From: Tubiluchus corallicola
Lineage: Eukaryota > Animalia > Priapulida
Direction: 5' to 3'
Assembly (NCBI GenBank): GCA_030141605.1
Contig: JAQGDQ010001103.1
Location: 37,935 to 62,600 of the forward strand
DNA length: 24,666 nt
Part shown: one piece after another, positions 9,168 through 22,261 of the stretch
Position numbering within the stretch: position 1 is the stretch's first letter
Layout: each line of letters opens with the position of its first letter
Program-made: the position numbers and the translations under genes
The notes under the pieces: generated by a model
The model's input: the letters and a program-made list of their open reading frames with translations, nothing else
Told to the model about the DNA's origin: nothing
The model's database searches: none

Positions 9168-9589
9168 CTAATGGAGATTAATTAGTTAATGAATTCCCGA
9201 CTACGAGAGCTTCGGTCGAAGCTGTAACGATGAATCCCAGGTCGACCTTGATCCACGAAATACGCGCTGTGAAGTAGATCTTTATCTCCCTAGTTTTCTA
9301 GCACGGCTCTGCAGTAAGCCTTTTCAGTGTGATGATGTTCTGTGCCTGGCTGAAAATATATATTTATATAATGAACGGTAGTTAAATGTAGACTAATAAC
9401 AAGATTCGCTAGAAATACTAATGTTTAGCACGCCTCTGCAATAAACCTATATTCTTATCTCATTACACGTGTGACTAATGATGACTTATCTCGTTTGTTT
9501 GCTCGGATAACAGTAATTCCATTTGGTAGCTGCAGGCGTGACCAGTTTAAGAATACAATGTTAAGCAGTTGTTAACAGTTTCAGATGAT

Positions 9590-10840
9590 TTAAGATGTTA
9601 AAACTATGTGCTTTTCTTGCTCCCATGTTACTTTCGCCATTGTTATAACAGCCCAATTTTCCATTTGTTCCGTTGCCGCCAATGTCCATGGTAGTTCAAC
9701 AGGGTATAGGAATCTCATGTGATTGGCTGTGGCCCAATTTGAAATAACACGTCACCTTTCAACTTCCTCCAAATATGGGGCTTGCCCATCCCAATGTTGA
9801 GTAATATCTCTCGGCGCGTTATATTCTTGTAAGTACCACTGCCAACGACAGTCCCTCGGCCCAGGTCTAACAGGTGTTCCAGTAAAGCCCTCTGCCCTTT
9901 TAGTGTCCATCGTGTATATCTTGATACCTCTAGCCGGTTTAACTGGCTGTGTTCCTCTATACAGAGAATAAGGTCTTCCAAGGACACTGCCTGGTTCAAC
10001 TGTTACGGGTTTCTCTAGAGCATCCTCCATCTCTTTAGCAGAATACGGACTGTTCGGATCTCTAAAGAGAACCAAAGCATTCAGTCCGATATTCAAAGCT
10101 CTTGTATCTATTATAGTGTGATCATCGCCCGAAGTAAAGTACGATATAGGATTTAGCCTAATACCTATACTCCACTTCCAGCGGTAATCAACTACCGTGC
10201 CCAGAACACATCGCCATATACCCTGGAAGCTTTCCACTCCGATTGCGTACAATTCACATCCTTTTCGAACCACTGACTCACCGCTATCGGCTGTTAGTAG
10301 GTTTTCCTGCATTTCATCTAAAATGAAATGCTTCTCCACCTACTCTTCCAACCACTTCTACCACCGTCTCCCCAGGCTTCCTATCACGGACTACATTATC
10401 CAAAACCTGTTTGATTGACTGTGACTTGAAGTGGTTGGCCATTTCCAGCAAAAATTGGCGTGCAATCAGAGGGGCTGATAGAACAACTTGGTCCATATCC
10501 ATTCCTTTCTGTATCATGGCGTGGGTTTGTTCCATCTGCTCCGAAAAGCCACTCTTTGGGTTGGATGTCTCGGCCCCCACTACTCCAAAGTCTATGGCTA
10601 AACCAGCCACCCCGATTATCATAGCAACTATTCCAACTCTCCGATACCCCATCATAAAGGTGATGTATCCAAGAGCGACAATAGCCACATACGATATCCA
10701 TTCTGACACATTGAGTAACCTAGACAATCTGCTGCCAATAGCTGTAAGCCCATCCATCGCTGCATGGCCTATATTGGAAAAGAATCCACCGGTGTGGCGC
10801 TGCACAACGCCCAAACCTTTGTCCGTCCATTTGCCAGCCT
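9590..10840 (-). pseudogene. Flavivirus-like polyprotein EVE: E stem-anchor, signalase site and NS1-like region (frameshift near 10320-10340, premature stop at 9752)
   Basis: GGFFSNIGHAA amphipathic stem, two TM helices with a short basic loop (EWISYVAIVALGYITFMMGYRRVGIVAMIIGVAGL), and VVGA/E cleavage at 10572/10571. Compare recalled YFV GGFFTSVGKG...SWITKV...LGVGA/D. Downstream KGC..C..G and LYRGTQPV weakly resemble NS1 GC..KCG.G and YQRGTHPF. Confidence 0.6.
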
Positions 10841-13800
10841 TCTGGGAACATTTCTGTCGATTTTTTTTGCCTAATGCATGGTCTCCTTGGTACATCAGAC
10901 AGATGCACGTACAAACCTTATTCCACACCACACCAACGAAATAAAAAGATTTGGTTATTTTTGAGTCTTCTGGGTCTTCTGAATTGAAAATTGCCATTAT
11001 AGCCTGGCATAAAACAATCACAAAATGGCTCTTTAAGTTGTCAGAACAAAACCTGTCATTTTCAATAAACTCTGGGAACATTCCTGTTGCTTTTTTGCAT
11101 AATGCATGGTCTCCTTCATACATCAGACAGATGCAAGTACAAACCTTATTCCACATCTGGAGATTTGTAATAGTCTCCACGGTACGTAAGATTGATGCAA
11201 ATGCAAACTTTATTCCATTTCCGGGGATTTGTAATAGTCTCCATGGTGCGTAAGATTGATGCAACTGCAAACGTTCTTCCACATCCGGAGCTTTGTAATA
11301 GCCTCCACGGTACATAAGATTGATGATGCAAGTGCAAACCTTATTCCACATCTGGAGATTTGTAATTGTCTCCATGGTACGTAAGATTAATGCAAATGCA
11401 AACCTTATTCCACATCTGGAGATTTGTATTAGTCTCCATGGTACATAAGCTTGATGAAAATGCAAACCTTACTCTACATCCAGAGATTTGCAATCCCTAG
11501 AGGTTTACCTGGTATTTCTAAAACAAGAGACATGTCTAGTGAAATATCCGGAGATTTGTAATAGTCTCCACGGTACGTAAGATTGATGCAAATTCAAGCC
11601 TTATTCCACATCCGGAGATTGTAATAGTCTCTGTTGTACATCAGACGGATGCATGTACAAACCTTATTCCACACCACACCAACGAAATTAAAAGATTTGG
11701 TTATTTTTGAGTCTTCCGAGTCTTCTGAGTTGAAAATTGCATTTATAGCCAAGCATAAAACAATCACAAAATGGCTCTTGAAGTTGTCAGAACAAAACCT
11801 GTCATTTTCAATAAACTCTGGGAACATTCCTGTTGCTTTTTTGCATAATGCATGGTCTCCTTCATACATCAGACAGATGCAAGTACAAACCTTATTCCAC
11901 ATCTGGAGATTTGTAATAGTCTCCATGGTACGTAAGATTGATGCAAATGCAAACTTTATTCCATTTCCGGGGATTTGTAATAGTCTCCATGGTGCGTAAG
12001 ATTGATGCAAATGCAAACCTTACTCTACATCCAGAGATTTGCAATCCCTAGAGGTTTACCTGGTATTTCTAAAACAGGAGACATGTCTAGTGAAATATCC
12101 GGAGATTTGTAATAGTCTCCACGGTACGTAAGATTTGTGCACGTACAAACCTTATTCCACACCACACCAACAAAATAAAAAGATTTGATTATTTTTGAGT
12201 CTTCCGAATCTTCTGAGTTTAAAATTGCATTTATAGCCTGGCATAAAACAATCACAAAATGGCTCTTGAAGTTGTCAGAACAAAACCTGTCATTTTCAAT
12301 AAACTCTGGGAACATTCCTGTTGCGTTTTTGCATAATGCATGGTCTCCTTCATACATCAGACAGATGCAAGTGCAAACCTTATTCCACATCTGGAGATTT
12401 GTAATAGTCTCCATGGTACGTAAGATTGATGCAAATGCAAACGTTCTTCCACATCCGGAGCTTTGTAATAGCCTCCACGGTACATAAGATTGATGATGCA
12501 AGTGCAAACCTTATTCCACATCTGGAGATTTGTAATTGTCTCCATGGTACGTAAGATTAATGCAAATGCAAACCTTATTCCACATCTGGAGATTTGTATT
12601 AGTCTCCATGGTACATAAGATTGATGAAAATGCAAACCTTACTCTACATCCAGAGATTTGCAATCCCTAGAGGTTTACCTGGTATTTCTAAAACAAGAGA
12701 CATGTCTAGTGAAATATCCGGAGATTTGTAATAGTCTCCACGGTACGTAAGATTGATGCAAATTCAAGCCTTATTCCACATCCGGAGATTGTAATAGTCT
12801 CTGTTGTACATCAGACGGATGCATGTACAAACCTTATTCCACACCACACCAACGAAATTAAAAGATTTGGTTATTTTTGAGTCTTCCGAGTCTTCTGAGT
12901 TGAAAATTGCATTTATAGCCAGGCATAAAACAATCACAAAATGGCTCTTTAAGTTGTCAGAACAAAACCTGTCATTTTCAATAAACTCTGGGAACATTCC
13001 TGTTGCTTTTTTGCATAATGCATGGTCTCCTTCATACATCAGACAGATGCAAGTACAAACCTTATTCCACATCTGGAGATTTGTAATAGTCTCCACGGTA
13101 CGTAAGATTGATGCAAATGCAAACTTTATTCCATTTCCGGGGATTTGTAATAGTCTCCATGGTGCGTAAGATTGATGCAAATGCAAACCTTACTCTACAT
13201 CCAGAGATTTGCAATCCCTAGAGGTTTACCTGGTATTTCTAAAACAGGAGACATGTCTAGTGAAATATCCGGAGATTTGTAATAGTCTCCACGGTACGTA
13301 AGATTTGTGCACGTACAAACCTTATTCCACACCACACCAACAAAATAAAAAGATTTGATTATTTTCGAGTCTTCCGAATCTTCTGAGTTTAAAATTGCAT
13401 TTATAGCCTGGCATAAAACAATCACAAAATGGCTCTTGAAGTTGTCAGAACAAAACCTGTCATTTTCAATAAACTCTGGGAACATTCCTGTTGCGTTTTT
13501 GCATAATGCATGGTCTCCTTCATACATCAGACAGATGCAAGTGCAAACCTTATTCCACATCTGGAGATTTGTAATAGTCTCCATGGTACGTAAGATTGAT
13601 GCAAATGCAAACGTTCTTCCACATCCGGAGCTTTGTAATAGCCTCCACGGTACATAAGATTGATGATGCAAGTGCAAACCTTATTCCACATCTGGAGATT
13701 TGTAATTGTCTCCATGGTACGCAAGATTGATGCAAATGCAAACCTTATTCCACATCTAGAGATTTGTATTAGTCTCCCTGGTACGTAAGATTAATGCAAA

Positions 13801-16800
13801 TGCAAACTTTATTCCACATCTGGAGATTTGTATTAGTCTCCATGGTACATAAGATTGATGCAAATGCAAACCTTACTCTACATTCAGAGATTTGCAATCC
13901 CTAGAGGTTTACCTGGTATTTCTAAAACAAGAGACATGTCTAGTGAAATATCCGGAGATTTGTAATAGTCTCCACGGTACGTAAGATTGATGCAAATTCA
14001 AGCCTTATTCCACATCCGGAGATTGTAATAGTCTCTGTTGTACATCAGACGGATGCATGTACAAACCTTATTCCACACCACACCAACGAAATTAAAAGAT
14101 TTGGTTATTTTTGAGTCTTCCGAGTCTTCTGAGTTGAAAATTGCATTTATAGCCAAGCATAAAACAATCACAAAATGGCTCTTGAAGTTGTCAGAACAAA
14201 ACCTGTCATTTTCAATAAACTCTGGGAACATTTCTGTCGATTTTTTTTGCCTAATGCATGGTCTCCTTGGTACATCAGACAGATGCACGTACAAACCTTA
14301 TTCCACACCACACCAACGAAATAAAAAGATTTGGTTATTTTTGAGTCTTCCGAGTTTTCTGAGTTGAAAATTGCCATTATAGCCAGGCATAAAACAATCA
14401 CAAAATGGCTCTTTAAGTTGTCAGAACAAAACCTGTCATTTTCAATAAACTCTGGGAACATTCCTGTTGCGTTTTTGCATAATGCATTTTCTCCTTGGTA
14501 CATCAGACAGATGCACGTACAAACCTTATTCCACACCACCAACGAAATTAAAAGATTTGGTTATTTTTGAGTCTTCCGAGTCTTCTGAGTTGAAAATTGC
14601 ATTTATAGCCAGGCATAAAACAATCACAAAATGGCTCTTGAAGTTGTCAGAACAAAACCTGTCATTTTCAATAAACTCTGGGAACATTCCTGTCGCTTTT
14701 TGGCCTAATGCATGGTCTCCTTGGTACATCAGATGGATGTAAGTGCAAACCTTATTCCAATCCGGAGATTTGTAATAGTCTCCATGGTACATCAGACAGA
14801 TGCACGTACAAACCTTATTCCACAGCACACCAACGAAATAAAAAGATTTGGTTATTTTTGAGTCTTCCGAGTCTTCTGAGTTGAAAATTGCCATTATAGC
14901 CAGGCATAAAACAATCACAACATGGCTTTTTAAGTTGTCAGAACAAAACCTGTCATTTTCAATAAACTCTGGGAACATTCCTGTCGCTTTTGTGCCTAAT
15001 GCATGGTCCTTGGTACATCAGATGGATGCAAATGCAAACCTTATTCCACATTCGGAGATTTTTAATAGTCTCCATGGTACGTAAGATTGATGCAAATGCA
15101 AACTTTATTCCACTTCCGGAGATTTGTAATAGCCTCCATGGTACGTTAGATTGATGCAAATTCAAACCTTATTCCACATCCGGAGCTTTGTAGTAGCCTC
15201 CACGGCACATAAGATTGATGATGCAAGTGCAAACCTTGTTCCACATCCGGAGATTTGTAATCCCTAGAGGTTCACCTGGTACTTCTAAAACAGGAGACAT
15301 CTAATAAAATCTCCAGAGATTTGTGATAGTCTCCGTGGTACATCAGATTTATGCACGTACAAACCTTATTCCACACCACACCAACAAAATAAAAAGATTT
15401 GATTATTTTTGAGTCTTCCGAATCTTCTGAGTTTAAAATTGCATTTATAGCCTGGCATAAAACAATCACAAAATGGCTCCTTAAGTTGTCAGAACAAAAC
15501 CTGTCATTTTCAATAAACTCTGGGAACATTCCTGTTGCTTTTTTGCGTAATGCATGGTCTCCTTCATACATCAGACAGATGCAAGTGCAAACCTTATTCC
15601 ACATCTGGAGATTTGTAATAGTCTCCATGGTACGTAAGATTGATGCAAATGCAAACGTTCTTCCACATCCGGAGCTTTGTAATAGCCTCCACGGTACATA
15701 AGATTGATGATGCAAGTGCAAACCTTATTCCACATCTGGAGATTTGTATTAGTCTCCATGGTACATAACATTGATGCAAATGCAAACCTTACTCTACATC
15801 CAGAGATTTGCAATCCCTAGAGGTTTACCTGGTATTTCTAAAACAAGAGACATGTCTAGTGAAATATCCGGAGATTTGTAATAGTCTCCACGGTACGTAA
15901 GATTGATGCAAATGCAAGCCTTATTCCACATCCGGAGATTGTAATAGTCTCTGTTGTACATCAGACGGATGCACGTACAAACCTTATTCCGCACCACACC
16001 AACGAAATAAAAAGATTTGGTTATTTTTGAGTCTTCCGAGTCTTCTGAGTTGAAAATTGCCATTATAGCCAGGCATAAAACAATCACAAAATGGCTCTTT
16101 AAGTTGTCAGAACAAAACCTGTCATTTTCAATAAACTCTGGGAACATTCCTGTTGCTTTTTTGCATAATGCATGGTCTCCTTCATACATCAGACAGATGC
16201 AAGTACAAACCTTATTCCACATCTGGAGATTTGTAATAGTCTCCATGGTACGTAAGATTGATGCAAATGCAAACTTTATTCCATTTCCGGGGATTTGTAA
16301 TAGTCTCCATGGTGCGTAAGATTGATGCAAATGCAAACCTTACTCTACATCCAGAGATTTGCAATCCCTAGAGGTTTACCTGGTATTTCTAAAACAGGAG
16401 ACATGTCTAGTGAAATATCCGGAGATTTGTAATAGTCTCCACGGTACGTAAGATTGATGCAAATGCAAGCCTTATTCCACATCCGGAGATTGTAATAGTC
16501 TCTGTTGTACATCAGACGGATGCACGTACAAACCTTATTCCACACCACACCAACGAAATTAAAAGATTTGGTTATTTTTGAGTCTTCCGAGTCTTCTGAG
16601 TTGAAAATTGCATTTATAACCAGGCATAAAACAATCACAAAATGGCTCTTGAAGTTGTCAGAACAAAACCTGTCATTTTCAATAAACTCTGGGAACATTC
16701 CTGTCGCTTTTTTGCCTAATGCATGGTCTCCTTGGTACATCAGATGGATGTAAGTGCAAACCTTATTCCAATCCGGAGATTTGTAATAGTCTCCATGGTA

Positions 16801-19800
16801 CATCAGACAGATGCACGTACAAACCTTATTCCACACCACACCAACGAAATAAAAAGATTTGGTTATTTTTGAGTCTTCCGAGTCTTCTGAGTTGAAAATT
16901 GCCATTATAGCCAGGCATAAAACAATCACAAAATGGCTCTTTAAGTTGTCAGAACAAAACCTGTCATTTTCAATAAACTCTGGGAACATTCCTGTTGCGT
17001 TTTTGCATAATGCATTTTCTCCTTGGTACATCAGACAGATGCACGTACAAACCTTATTCCACACCACCAACGAAATTAAAAGATTTGGTTATTTTTGAGT
17101 CTTCCGAGTCTTCTGAGTTGAAAATTGCATTTATAGCCAGGCATAAAACAATCACAAAATGGCTCTTGAAGTTGTCAGAACAAAACCTGTCATTTTCAAT
17201 AAACTCTGGGAACATTCCTGTCGCTTTTTGGCCTAATGCATGGTCTCCTTGGTACATCAGATGGATGTAAGTGCAAACCTTATTCCAATCCGGAGATTTG
17301 TAATAGTCTCCATGGTACATCAGACAGATGCACGTACAAACCTTATTCCACAGCACACCAACGAAATAAAAAGATTTGGTTATTTTTGAGTCTTCCGAGT
17401 CTTCTGAGTTGAAAATTGCCATTATAGCCAGGCATAAAACAATCACAACATGGCTTTTTAAGTTGTCAGAACAAAACCTGTCATTTTCAATAAACTCTGG
17501 GAACATTCCTGTCGCTTTTGTGCCTAATGCATGGTCCTTGGTACATCAGATGGATGCAAATGCAAACCTTATTCCACATTCGGAGATTTTTAATAGTCTC
17601 CATGGTACGTAAGATTGATGCAAATGCAAACTTTATTCCACTTCCGGAGATTTGTAATAGCCTCCATGGTACGTTAGATTGATGCAAATTCAAACCTTAT
17701 TCCACATCCGGAGCTTTGTAGTAGCCTCCACGGCACATAAGATTGATGATGCAAGTGCAAACCTTGTTCCACATCCGGAGATTTGTAATCCCTAGAGGTT
17801 CACCTGGTACTTCTAAAACAGGAGACATCTAATAAAATCTCCAGAGATTTGTGATAGTCTCCGTGGTACATCAGATTTATGCACGTACAAACCTTATTCC
17901 ACACCACACCAACAAAATAAAAAGATTTGATTATTTTTGAGTCTTCCGAATCTTCTGAGTTTAAAATTGCATTTATAGCCTGGCATAAAACAATCACAAA
18001 ATGGCTCCTTAAGTTGTCAGAACAAAACCTGTCATTTTCAATAAACTCTGGGAACATTCCTGTTGCTTTTTTGCGTAATGCATGGTCTCCTTCATACATC
18101 AGACAGATGCAAGTGCAAACCTTATTCCACATCTGGAGATTTGTAATAGTCTCCATGGTACGTAAGATTGATGCAAATGCAAACATTCTTCCACATCCGG
18201 AGCTTTGTAATAGCCTCCACGGTACATAAGATTGATGATGCAAGTGCAAACCTTATTCCACATCTGGAGATTTGTATTAGTCTCCATGGTACATAACATT
18301 GATGCAAATGCAAACCTTACTCTACATCCAGAGATTTGCAATCCCTAGAGGTTTACCTGGTATTTCTAAAACAAGAGACATGTCTAGTGAAATATCCGGA
18401 GATTTGTAATAGTCTCCACGGTACGTAAGATTGATGCAAATGCAAGCCTTATTCCACATCCGGAGATTGTAATAGTCTCTGTTGTACATCAGACGGATGC
18501 ACGTACAAACCTTATTCCGCACCACACCAACGAAATAAAAAGATTTGGTTATTTTTGAGTCTTCCGAGTCTTCTGAGTTGAAAATTGCCATTATAGCCAG
18601 GCATAAAACAATCACAAAATGGCTCTTTAAGTTGTCAGAACAAAACCTGTCATTTTCAATAAACTCTGGGAACATTCCTGTTGCTTTTTTGCATAATGCA
18701 TGGTCTCCTTCATACATCAGACAGATGCAAGTACAAACCTTATTCCACATCTGGAGATTTGTAATAGTCTCCATGGTACGTAAGATTGATGCAAATGCAA
18801 ACTTTATTCCATTTCCGGGGATTTGTAATAGTCTCCATGGTGCGTAAGATTGATGCAAATGCAAACCTTACTCTACATCCAGAGATTTGCAATCCCTAGA
18901 GGTTTACCTGGTATTTCTAAAACAGGAGACATGTCTAGTGAAATATCCGGAGATTTGTAATAGTCTCCACGGTACGCAAGATTGATGCAAATGCAAGCCT
19001 TATTCCACATCCGGAGATTGTAATAGTGTCTGTTGTACATCAGACGGATGCACGTACAAACCGTATTCCACACCACACCAACGAAATTAAAAGATTTGGT
19101 TATTTTTGAGTCTTCCGAGTCTTCTGAGTTGAAAATTGCATTTATAACCAGGCATTAAACAATCACAAAATGGCTCTTGAAGTTGTCAGAACAAAACCTG
19201 TCATTTTCAATAAACTCTGGGAACATTCCTGTCGCTTTTTGGCCTAATGCATGGTCTCCTTGGTACATCAGATGGATGTAAGTGCAAACCTTATTCCAAT
19301 CCGGAGATTTGTAATAGTCTCCATGGTACATCAGACAGATGCACGTACAAACCTTATTCCACAGCACACCAACGAAATAAAAAGATTTGGTTATTTTTGA
19401 GTCTTCCGAGTCTTCTGAGTTGAAAATTGCCATTATAGCCAGGCATAAAACAATCACAACATGGCTTTTTAAGTTGTCAGAACAAAACCTGTCATTTTCA
19501 ATAAACTCTGGGAACATTCCTGTCGCTTTTGTGCCTAATGCATGGTCTCCTTGGTACATCAGATGGATGCAAATGCAAACCTTATTCCACATTCGGAGAT
19601 TTTTAATAGTCTCCATGGTACGTAAGATTGATGCAAATGCAAACTTTATTCCACTTCCGGAGATTTGTAATAGCCTCCATGGTACGTTAGATTGATGCAA
19701 ATTCAAACCTTATTCCACATCCGGAGCTTTGTAGTAGCCTCCACGGCACATAAGATTGATGATGCAAGTGCAAACCTTATTCCACATCCGGAGATTTGTA

Positions 19801-21946
19801 ATCCCTAGAGGTTCACCTGGTACTTCTAAAACAGGAGACGTCTAATAAAATCTCCAGAGATTTGTGATAGTCTCCGTGGTACATCAGATTTATGCATGTA
19901 CAAACCTTATTCCACACCACACCAACGAAATTAAAAGATTTGGTTATTTTTGAGTCTTCCGAGTCTTCTGAGTTGAAAATTGCATTTATAACCAGGCATT
20001 AAACAATCACAAAATGGCTCTTGAAGTTGTCAGAACAAAACCTGTCATTTTCAATAAACTCTGGGAACATTCCTGTCGCTTTTTTGCGTAATGCATGGTC
20101 TCCTTCATACATCAGACAGATGCAAGTGCAAACCTTATTCCACATCTGGAGATTTGTAATAGTCTCCATGGTACGTAAGATTAATGCAAATGCAAACGTT
20201 CTTCCACATCCGGAGCTTTGTAATAGCCTCCACGGTACATAAGATTGATGATGCAAGTGCAAACCTTATTCCACATCTGGAGATTTGTATTAGTCTCCAT
20301 GGTACATAACATTGATGCAAATGCAAACCTTACTCTACATCCAGAGATTTGCAATCCCTAGAGGTTTACCTGGTATTTCTAAAACAAGAGACATGTCTAG
20401 TGAAATATCCGGAGATTTGTAATAGTCTCCACGGTACGTAAGATTGATGCAAATTCAAGCCTTATTCCACATCCGGAGATTGTAATAGTCTCTGTTGTAC
20501 ATCAGACGGATGCATGTACAAACCTTATTCCACACCACACCAACGAAATTAAAAGATTTGGTTATTTTTGAGTCTTCCGAGTCTTCTGAGTTGAAAATTG
20601 CATTTATAGCCAGGCATAAAACAATCACAAAATGGCTCTTGAAGTTGTCAGAACAAAACCTGTCATTTTCAATAAACTCTGGGAACATTCCTGTCACTTT
20701 TGTGCCTAATGCATGGTCTCCTTGGTACATCAGATGGATGCAAATGCAAACCTTATTCCACATTCGGAGATTTTTAATAGTCTCCACGGTACGTAAGATT
20801 GATGCAAATGCAAACTTTATTCCACATCCGGAGCTTTGTAATAGCCTCCATGGTACGTTAGATTGATGCAAATTCAAACCTTATTCCACATCCGGCGCTT
20901 TGTAGTAGTCTCCACGGCACATAAGATTGATGATGCAAGTGCAAACCTTATTCCACATCTGGAGATTTGTAATTGTCTCCATGGTACGCAAGATTGATGC
21001 AAATGCAAACCTTGCTCTACATCCAGAGATTTGTAATCCCTAGAGGTTTAACTGGTATTTCTAAAACAGGAGACATGTCTAGTGAAATATCCGGAGATTT
21101 GTAATAGTCTCCACGGTACGTAAGATTGATGCAAATGCAAACCTTATTCCACATCCGGAGATTGTAATAGTCTCCATGGTACATCAGACAGATGCACGTA
21201 CAAACCTTATTCCACACCACACCAACGAAATAAAAAGATTTGGTTATTTTTGAGTCTTCTGAGTCTTCTGAGTTGAAAATTGCATTTATACCCTTTCATA
21301 AAACAATCACAAAATGACCCTTGAAGTTTTCAGAACAAAACCTGTCATTTTCAATAAACTCTGGGAACATTCCTGTCGCTTTTTTGCCTAATGCATGGTC
21401 TCCTTGGTACATCAGATGGATGCAAATGCAAACCTTATTCCATATCCGGAGAGGTGTAAAAGTCTCCATGGTACATCAGACAGATGCACGTACAAACCTT
21501 ATTCCACACCACACCAACAAAATAAAAAGATTTGGTTATTTTTGAGTCTTCCGAGTCTTCTGAGTTGAAAATTGCATTTATAGCCTGGCATAAAACAATC
21601 ACAAAATGGCTCTTTAAGTTTTCAGAACAAAACCTGTCATTTTCAATAAACTCTGGGCACATTCCTGTCGCTTTTTTGCCTAATGCATGGTCTCCTTGGT
21701 ACATCAGATGGATGCAAATGCAAACCTTATTCCATATCCGGAGAGGTGTAATAGTCTCCTTGGTACATCAGACAGATACACGTACAAACCTTATTCCACA
21801 TCCGGAGATTTGTAATAGTCACCACGGTACGTAAGATTGATGCAAATACAAACCTTACTCTACACCCAGAGAATTGTAATCCCTAGAGGCTTACCTGGCA
21901 TTTCTAAACAGGAGATATGTCTAGTGAAATATCTGGAGATTTGTAA
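10841..21946. repeat. ~11.1-kb complex satellite with 64-, ~68- and ~229-bp monomers and higher-order repeats
   Basis: Core 64-mer tccggagatttgtaatagtctccatggtacgtaagattgatgcaaatgcaaaccttattccaca (starts 11156, 11220, 11284). 68-bp variant at 11479-11546. Long unit at 14041, 14271, 14499. Near-identical ORFs recur at offsets of 1170 and 2528 bp. Confidence 0.97.
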
Positions 21947-21990
21947 ATATTGTATTTCTAAATATAACAATATAGTAGCAATGCACTCAC

Positions 21991-22192
21991 TCTGGCCGAC
22001 TAAGTCTACGTTTGCAAATTCGACCAACATCAAACATGCCCCCCCCCCGTGAAACCTAGGAGCGACAATAGCAGCTATAAGAGCTTTTCCTTTTGATGTT
22101 GCCGCTCTTATCGTAGCCGGCATGCCAGCATTGTTCAATTTGTCCTATTCAGCATGTTTCCTTCTCTATCACATTCGTTAAAGTAGAAGCAC
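21991..22192 (-). pseudogene. Decayed exon encoding an EGF-like domain
   Basis: Minus-strand acceptor tttttttcgtttcag and donor gtgagt. Translation C*IGQIEQCWHAG...SYSCYCR, then a frameshift to PRFHGGGAC, resembles the EGF pattern C..G...YxCxCxxGFxGxxC. Contains stops. Confidence 0.5.
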
Positions 22193-22261
22193 CTGAAACG
22201 AAAAAAATAAACACATTTCAACTTTCAGACATAAATTTGTATTGTTGTAATTGCTTAATCT

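Noticed and set aside
9195-9275. Hammerhead ribozyme
   Set aside because: The CUGAUGA core is absent (only cgatga...gaaa) and the three stems could not be built.
7816-10944. Plus-strand ORFs (7816, 8299, 8974, 10197, 10411)
   Set aside because: They are antisense shadows of minus-strand viral coding sequence.
10951-21834. Dozens of 60-240-aa ORFs as a tandem gene family
   Set aside because: They are translations of the satellite on both strands. Monomer lengths (64, 68, ~229 bp) are not multiples of three and the frames shift constantly.
10841-21946. CRISPR-like repeat/spacer array
   Set aside because: The intervening modules are themselves repeated nearly identically rather than unique, there are no cas genes, and the context is eukaryotic.
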